Assembly: GCF_000012905.2 (NCBI RefSeq)
Contig: NC_007493.2
Location: forward strand, 2,880,001 to 2,912,000
Direction: 5' to 3'
Source of the DNA: Cereibacter sphaeroides 2.4.1
GTDB lineage: Bacteria; Pseudomonadota; Alphaproteobacteria; Rhodobacterales; Rhodobacteraceae
Length of the DNA: 32,000 nucleotides
Positions 26,637 to 32,000 of the stretch are shown piece by piece (the first letter of the stretch is position 1; each line of letters begins with the position of its first letter). The notes below the pieces were generated by a model that was not told the DNA's origin, did no database searches, and saw only the letters and a program-made list of their open reading frames with translations. A program made the translations under genes and the position numbers.

Positions 26637-29600
26637 TCACTCCGCGGGGACGGCCTGCGGCTCGTCCGACAGCGGGAAGGGCAGATGCACCAGCATCTCC
26701 TTCGGGCAGACCTGCAGGAAATTCGCCCGCTCGGTCTCCCAGTCGTTCAGGATGCGCGCAGCGTGGCGGCTGCCCGTCTCGCGCACATGGCGCTCGATCA
26801 GGCCCTTCAGCTGAGCCTCCCAGTGCGGATGGCCGATCGCACAGGTCACGAGAGTCTCGAGGTTCATGAAATCCTCCGCCACGCCCGAAGGGTCGTAGAG
26901 ATAGGCCATGCCCCCGGTCATGCCCGCGCCGAAGTTCGCGCCGATCCGCCCGAGGATCACCGCGACGCCGCCGGTCATATATTCGCAGCCGTTCGAGCCG
27001 CAGCCCTCGACCACCACCTTGGCGCCCGAGTTCCGCACCGCGAACCGCTCGCCCGCACGGCCGGCGGCAAAGAGGAAGCCGTCGGTCGCCCCGTAGAGCA
27101 CGGTGTTGCCGATGATCGTGTTCTCGGCCGCCACAAGCGGGCTCTCCATCTGCGGATGGACCACGATGGTGCCGCCCGACAGGCCCTTGGCCACATAGTC
27201 GTTGGCATCGCCCGCGACCTCGATCTTCAGCCCCTTGGCCGCGAAGGCGCCCAGAGACTGCCCGCAGGAGCCTGTCAGCTTCACCGTCAGATGGTCGGGC
27301 TGCAGGTTGTTCCGCATCCCGTATTTCCGCACGATATGGCTCGAGGCGCGCGTGCCGATGGTGCGGTGCGTGTTCCGCACCGCGTAGGAGAGCTGCATCT
27401 TCTCGCCATCCTCGAAGAAGCGCGCGCCATCCTTGACGATCTCGGCATCGAGCGTGTCCGGCACCGCATTGCGCGGCTTCGACCGGTCGTAGGTGATGCG
27501 GTTCGACCCGTCCACGGTGATGAGGAGCGGGTTGAGGTCGAGGTCGTCGAGATGCGCGGCCCCCCGGCTCACCTGGGTCAGGAGGTCGGCGCGGCCGATG
27601 ATCTCGTCCATCGAGCGGGCGCCGATGGAGGCGAGGATCTCGCGCACTTCCTGGGCATAGAAGGTGATGAGGTTCACCACCTTGTCCGCCGAGCCGGTGA
27701 ACTTCTCGCGCAGCTTCTTGTCCTGCGTGCAGACGCCCACCGGGCAGGTGTTCGATTGGCACTGGCGCACCATGATGCAGCCCATGGCGATCAGCGCGGC
27801 GGTGCCGATGCCATATTCCTCGGCCCCCATCATCGCGGCCATGACGATGTCGCGGCCCGTCCTGAGGCCGCCGTCCGTGCGCAGCGTCACCCGGTCGCGC
27901 AGGTTGTTCATCGCCAGAACCTGATGCGCCTCGGTCAGGCCCATCTCCCACGGCAGGCCCGCATATTTGATCGAGGTGCCGGGCGAGGCCCCGGTGCCGC
28001 CGTTGTGGCCCGAGATCAGGATCACGTCGGCCTTGGCCTTGGCCACGCCCGCCGCAATCGTGCCCACGCCCGAGGCCGCCACCAGCTTGACCGTGACCTT
28101 GGCGCGCGGGTTGATCTGCTTCAGGTCATAGATCAGCTGCGCGAGATCTTCGATCGAGTAGATGTCGTGGTGCGGCGGCGGCGAGATCAGCGTCACGCCC
28201 GGCGTCGAATGCCGGAGCCGCGCAATGAGTTCGGTCACCTTCATGCCCGGAAGCTGGCCGCCCTCGCCGGGTTTGGCACCCTGCGCCACCTTGATCTCGA
28301 GCTCTTCGCAGGCGTTCAGGTATTCGGCGGTCACGCCGAAGCGGCCCGAGGCGACCTGCTTGATCTTGGCCGACGGGTTGTCGCCGTTGGGCTCCGGCAC
28401 GAAATGCGCCGGATCCTCGCCGCCTTCGCCCGAGTCGGATTTGGCGCCGATCCGGTTCATGGCGATGTTCAGCGTCTTGTGCGCCTCGGGCGAGAGCGCG
28501 CCCAGCGACATGCCCGGCGTCACGAACCGCTTGCGGATCGAGGTGATCGATTCGACTTCCTCGATGGGCACCGGACGGCCGAGCGTCTTGATGTCCAGCA
28601 GATCGCGCAGATGGATCGGCGGGTTGGCCCGCAGCGTGGCCGAGAACTGCTTCCAGATGTCGTAGCTGGCCCGGTCGCAGGCTTGCTGCAGCATATGCAT
28701 GGTCGAGGCTTCCCAGGCGTGTTTCTCGCCCGAGCGCCGCGCCTTGTAGAAGCCGCCGATGGGCAGCACGTCCGACCCGCCGAGCCAGCCCTTCGCGTGG
28801 ATCTGCTCCAGCTTGTGCTGGATGCCCGAGGTGCCGATCCCCGAGATGCGGCTGTGCATGCCGGGGAAATATTCGGCCACCATGGCCCGCGAAAGACCCA
28901 CGGCCTCGAAGTTCAGACCGCCGCGATAGGAGGAGATCACCGAGATCCCCATCTTCGACATGATCTTCAGAAGCCCCGCGTTGATCGCGTCGCGGTAGCG
29001 GCGCATCGCGTCGTTCAGGTTGCCCTCGAGGAGGCCGCGCTCGATGCGGTCGGCGATCGTGTCCTGCGCCAGATAGGCGTTCACCGTGGTGGCGCCGCAG
29101 CCGATCAGCACCGCGAAGTAATGCGGGTCGATGCACTCGGCCGAGCGCACATTGATCGAGGTGAAGGTCCGAAGCCCCTTGCGGGTCAGCCAGGAATGGA
29201 CCGCCGAAGTCGCGAGGATCATCGGCATCGGCACTGCCCCGGGGCCCTGGTTCTGGTCGGTCAGCACGATATGGGCCGCACCCGAGCGCACCGCATCCTC
29301 GGCCTCGGCGCGGATCCGCTCGAGTCCGTGGCGCAGCGCATCGTGGTGATGGTCGGCCGGGAAGGTGCAGTCGATGGTCGCCACGTTGGTGCCGAACTGC
29401 GACAGCATCGTCTCGAACTCGGAGTTCGCGACGAAGGGGCTCTCGAGGATCAGGATCTCGGTCTGGCTCGAATGTTCGTCGAGCACGTTCTTGAGGTTGC
29501 CGAACCGGGTCTTGAGGCTCATCACCCGGCTCTCGCGGAGCGAGTCGATGGGCGGGTTCGTGACCTGGCTGAAGTTCTGCCGGAAGAAGTGGCTGAGCGG

Positions 29601-31175
29601 CCGGTAGACCGACGACAGCACCGCGGGCGGCGTGTCATCGCCCATCGAGGCGATCATCTCCTTGCCGTCCTCGGCCATCGGCACGAGCACCTGCTCGATC
29701 TCCTCGACCGAGAAGCCGGCCGCGATCTGGCGCTTGCGCAGCTCCGCCGGCGCGAACATGCGCTGCTCTGGCACGTCGGCGAGGATCGCGTTCAGGTCCA
29801 CGACCTTCTCGATCCAGTCGCCGAAGGGCTGCGAGGCCGCCAGCGTGTCCTTGAGCTCGGCGTCGTGGTAGAGCTTGCCCTCGGCCATGTCGACCGCGAT
29901 GAGCTGGCCCGGCCCGAGCGCGCCCTTCTCGCGCACGTTCATCTCGTCCACCGGCACCATGCCGGCTTCCGAGCCCGCGATGAGCATCCCGTCACCCGTC
30001 ACCACATAGCGCATCGGGCGCAGGCCGTTGCGGTCGAGCCCGCCGCAGACCCAGCGGCCGTCGGTCATGGCCAGCGCCGCCGGCCCGTCCCACGGCTCCA
30101 TCACCGCGTTGCAATAGGCATACATGTCCGCCCATGCCTTCGGCATGTCGGTCGTGGTCTTCGACCAGGCTTCCGGCACCATCATGGTCTTGACCATCGG
30201 CGCCGAGCGGCCCGAGCGCACCATGACTTCGAAGACGGCATCGAGCGCGCCCGAGTCGGACGAGCCCTGCGGGACGATCGGCTTGATGTCCTCGGCCGCA
30301 TCCCCGAAGGCCGAGGAGGCCATGCGGATCTCGTGGCTCTTCATCCAGTTGATGTTGCCCTTCAGCGTGTTGATCTCGCCGTTGTGGGCGAGCATGCGGA
30401 AGGGCTGCGCCAGCCACCATTGCGGGAAGGTGTTGGTGGAATAGCGCTGGTGGTAGATCGCGAACGAGCTTTCGAACCGCTCGTCCTGCAGGTCGGGGTA
30501 GAAGGTGGCGACCTGCTCGGCCAGCATCATCCCCTTGTAGATGATCGACCGGCACGACAGCGAGCAGAGGTAGAGCCCCTGGATCGAGCCCGCCTGCGCC
30601 GCCTTCTCGATCCGGCGGCGGATGATGTAGAGCTCGCGCTCGAACTGCTCGTCGTCGATGTCCTTCTCGCAGCGGATCAGGATCTGCTCGATCTCGGGGC
30701 GCGTGGCATTGGCCTTCTCGCCGAGGACGGAGGTGTCCACCGGCACATGGCGCCAGCCGTAGATGTAATGGCCCATGCGCAGCACTTCGGACTCGACGAT
30801 GGTCCGGCAGCGTTCCTGGCCGGAGAGGTCCGTGCGCGGCAGGAAGACCTGACCCACGGCCACGAGCTTGTGCATGTCGGGCTCGTGGCCGGTGCGGCGG
30901 ATCTGGTCGTAGAAGAACTTGACCGGGATCTGGACATGGATGCCCGCGCCGTCGCCGGTCTTGCCGTCGGCATCGACCGCGCCCCGGTGCCAGACGGCCT
31001 TCAGCGCGGCGATGCCGCTCTCGACGACCTTCCGCGACGGCGTGCCCGAGATCGAGACGACGAGGCCCACGCCGCAGGAGGCATGCTCGTCCTCGGCCTT
31101 GTAGAGTCCGTTCGCGTCCAGCCAGGCCCGCTTCGCCTCTTCGGCTTTCACCCAGGCTTCATCATAGATCGTCAT
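26637..31175 (-). CDS. gltB: Glutamate synthase (NADPH) large subunit
   Basis: 1512 aa. It begins with the N-terminal Ntn amidotransferase Cys (HASCGVGLVV). The central and FMN-binding domains are present (GEGGEDP, KVAQGAKPGEGGQLPG, ISPPPHHDIYSIEDLAQLI, ISGHNGGTGASP). A 3Fe-4S Cys cluster (CIMVRQCQSNTCPVGVCTQ) and the C-terminal GXGXG beta-helix domain follow. Confidence 0.98.
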   Translation of the reverse strand: MTIYDEAWVKAEEAKRAWLDANGLYKAEDEHASCGVGLVVSISGTPSRKVVESGIAALKAVWHRGAVDADGKTGDGAGIHVQIPVKFFYDQIRRTGHEPDMHKLVAVGQVFLPRTDLSGQERCRTIVESEVLRMGHYIYGWRHVPVDTSVLGEKANATRPEIEQILIRCEKDIDDEQFERELYIIRRRIEKAAQAGSIQGLYLCSLSCRSIIYKGMMLAEQVATFYPDLQDERFESSFAIYHQRYSTNTFPQWWLAQPFRMLAHNGEINTLKGNINWMKSHEIRMASSAFGDAAEDIKPIVPQGSSDSGALDAVFEVMVRSGRSAPMVKTMMVPEAWSKTTTDMPKAWADMYAYCNAVMEPWDGPAALAMTDGRWVCGGLDRNGLRPMRYVVTGDGMLIAGSEAGMVPVDEMNVREKGALGPGQLIAVDMAEGKLYHDAELKDTLAASQPFGDWIEKVVDLNAILADVPEQRMFAPAELRKRQIAAGFSVEEIEQVLVPMAEDGKEMIASMGDDTPPAVLSSVYRPLSHFFRQNFSQVTNPPIDSLRESRVMSLKTRFGNLKNVLDEHSSQTEILILESPFVANSEFETMLSQFGTNVATIDCTFPADHHHDALRHGLERIRAEAEDAVRSGAAHIVLTDQNQGPGAVPMPMILATSAVHSWLTRKGLRTFTSINVRSAECIDPHYFAVLIGCGATTVNAYLAQDTIADRIERGLLEGNLNDAMRRYRDAINAGLLKIMSKMGISVISSYRGGLNFEAVGLSRAMVAEYFPGMHSRISGIGTSGIQHKLEQIHAKGWLGGSDVLPIGGFYKARRSGEKHAWEASTMHMLQQACDRASYDIWKQFSATLRANPPIHLRDLLDIKTLGRPVPIEEVESITSIRKRFVTPGMSLGALSPEAHKTLNIAMNRIGAKSDSGEGGEDPAHFVPEPNGDNPSAKIKQVASGRFGVTAEYLNACEELEIKVAQGAKPGEGGQLPGMKVTELIARLRHSTPGVTLISPPPHHDIYSIEDLAQLIYDLKQINPRAKVTVKLVAASGVGTIAAGVAKAKADVILISGHNGGTGASPGTSIKYAGLPWEMGLTEAHQVLAMNNLRDRVTLRTDGGLRTGRDIVMAAMMGAEEYGIGTAALIAMGCIMVRQCQSNTCPVGVCTQDKKLREKFTGSADKVVNLITFYAQEVREILASIGARSMDEIIGRADLLTQVSRGAAHLDDLDLNPLLITVDGSNRITYDRSKPRNAVPDTLDAEIVKDGARFFEDGEKMQLSYAVRNTHRTIGTRASSHIVRKYGMRNNLQPDHLTVKLTGSCGQSLGAFAAKGLKIEVAGDANDYVAKGLSGGTIVVHPQMESPLVAAENTIIGNTVLYGATDGFLFAAGRAGERFAVRNSGAKVVVEGCGSNGCEYMTGGVAVILGRIGANFGAGMTGGMAYLYDPSGVAEDFMNLETLVTCAIGHPHWEAQLKGLIERHVRETGSRHAARILNDWETERANFLQVCPKEMLVHLPFPLSDEPQAVPAE

Positions 31176-31178
31176 GGC

Positions 31179-31616
31179 TCACTCCTCTGGGCTGGCTGGA
31201 AGCGTGGCGAGAAACTCGGCTTCCGTCATCTGGTGGGTCGGACCGGCAAAACTCCAGGCGTCGGGCTTGCGGTCGATGTAGATCTCGTGGGCGAGGCGGA
31301 TGCCGCTCAGGTCATCCAGAAGCCCCGCCGCCATGTAGTAGTCGCGCGGCATTCCCGGTCCGGTCAGCCGATACCAGAGCGTCGAGCCGCAGCTGCCGCA
31401 GAAGCAGCGCTCGGCCCAGGCCGACGAGGCATAGGCCTTCACATGTTCGGCGCCGGTCACGGTCATGGCGGCCTCGGGCACCATCATCGTGACGAAGGCC
31501 GAGCCGGTCCAGCGGCGGCACATCTCGCAATGGCAGGCGCCGATCTCGTGCGAGACGGTCGCCACGGCGATCTGCACCCCGCCGCAGAGGCAGTGTCCGG
31601 TCCGGTCAGCGGTCAT
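31179..31616 (-). CDS. GFA family protein (glutathione-dependent formaldehyde-activating enzyme / CENP-V-like zinc protein)
   Basis: 145 aa. The zinc-binding Cys pattern is GHCLCGGV...CHCEMCRRWTGSAF...ERCFCGSCGSTLW. The stop lies 3 nt before the gltB ATG. Confidence 0.85.
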   Translation of the reverse strand: MTADRTGHCLCGGVQIAVATVSHEIGACHCEMCRRWTGSAFVTMMVPEAAMTVTGAEHVKAYASSAWAERCFCGSCGSTLWYRLTGPGMPRDYYMAAGLLDDLSGIRLAHEIYIDRKPDAWSFAGPTHQMTEAEFLATLPASPEE

Positions 31617-32000
31617 GGCGCACCTTCACGATCAGGCCGTCCTCGGGCGCCTGCGACAGGATCGCGTCGCAGTCGAAGATCGGCTCGGTGGCAAGAAAGC
31701 CCGGCTCGCCGGGGAAGACGAAATCGACGGGGCTGCCGTCCACGGGCAGCGAGCCCCCGGTGCCGTCGCTCCACCGGGTCGGGCCGGCGAAGAAGAGACG
31801 CCATTCGGGATGGATATATTCGTTCCCCTGCGCCTGCCGCAGGACCGTACCGCCGATGCTCGTCTCGGTGAATTCGAACTCGGTCTCCTGAAGCACGATC
31901 CCGTCGATGGTGAAGCTTCGGCCGGTCAGCCGGTCGTAGCCGGTCACGCGGCTCCGCTCGCCCGTGCTGCGGGTCAGGCCGAAATCATAGCTGTCCGCCC
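31606..32000 (-). CDS. Hypothetical protein (3' part; the reading frame stays open to the window edge)
   Basis: The frame is open from position 32000. Codon usage is GC3-rich. It overlaps the GFA gene start by 11 nt. I do not recognise a family. Confidence 0.45.
   Translation of the reverse strand, partial: ADSYDFGLTRSTGERSRVTGYDRLTGRSFTIDGIVLQETEFEFTETSIGGTVLRQAQGNEYIHPEWRLFFAGPTRWSDGTGGSLPVDGSPVDFVFPGEPGFLATEPIFDCDAILSQAPEDGLIVKVRHDR

Noticed and set aside
26574-31871. A 1765-aa plus-strand ORF, the longest in the window.
   Set aside because: It is exactly antisense to gltB, the GFA gene and the next ORF. Its translation is Arg/Ala/Gly/His/Asp-rich low complexity with no recognisable motif, whereas the minus strand encodes an unmistakable glutamate synthase. 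This is a typical shadow ORF of a high-GC genome, where stop codons are rare on the antisense strand.

Overview
High-GC (roughly 65-70% by eye) chromosomal segment from an alphaproteobacterium. A Rhodobacteraceae origin is suggested by the protein sequences, a GTTC-N7-GTTC LexA box and G6/C6 hairpin repeats. I support about 30 protein-coding genes and found no rRNA, tRNA, CRISPR array, transposase or integrase.

Positions about 7.8-32 kb are ordinary housekeeping genes, almost all on the minus strand:
- lytic murein transglycosylase, rnr, a GNAT gene, dapE, a small ORF, a YetF/DUF421 gene, dapD, a LOG-family gene and a DUF2794 gene
- dxs, ispA, xseB and an HDAC-like gene, joined as a translationally coupled chain
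- an OmpR-type response regulator coupled to a MarR regulator (PetP/PetR-like)
- ilvE, a DUF1294 gene, queG, a GST gene, mtgA, gltB and a GFA gene

The left 5 kb looks accessory. It is a tightly coupled plus-strand operon:
- glycosyltransferase (partial)
- PrtD-type type I secretion (T1SS) ABC exporter, in which the H-loop histidine is replaced by glutamine
- HlyD-family membrane fusion protein
- Vat/CatB (XAT)-class hexapeptide acetyltransferase
- a 195-aa tail-anchored protein

No outer-membrane factor or obvious secreted substrate lies in the window. This operon ends 11 bp from the 3' end of a convergent dnaE2 (error-prone polymerase). That gene stops right after its conserved HPMALLR motif, so it appears to lack the C-terminal OB-fold region. 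It still has a perfect alphaproteobacterial LexA box about 20 nt upstream of its start, and it has no imuA/imuB partner genes.

Other signals:
- a roughly 50-bp REP-like element present twice
- two spaced TTGCGCAA palindromes in the MarR/ilvE divergent region
- a YetF protein with an appended zinc ribbon, overlapping the next ORF by 77 nt
- two small ORFs below the ORF-track length cutoff

All calls rest on reading motifs by eye and on memory of protein families. No searches or computations were run.
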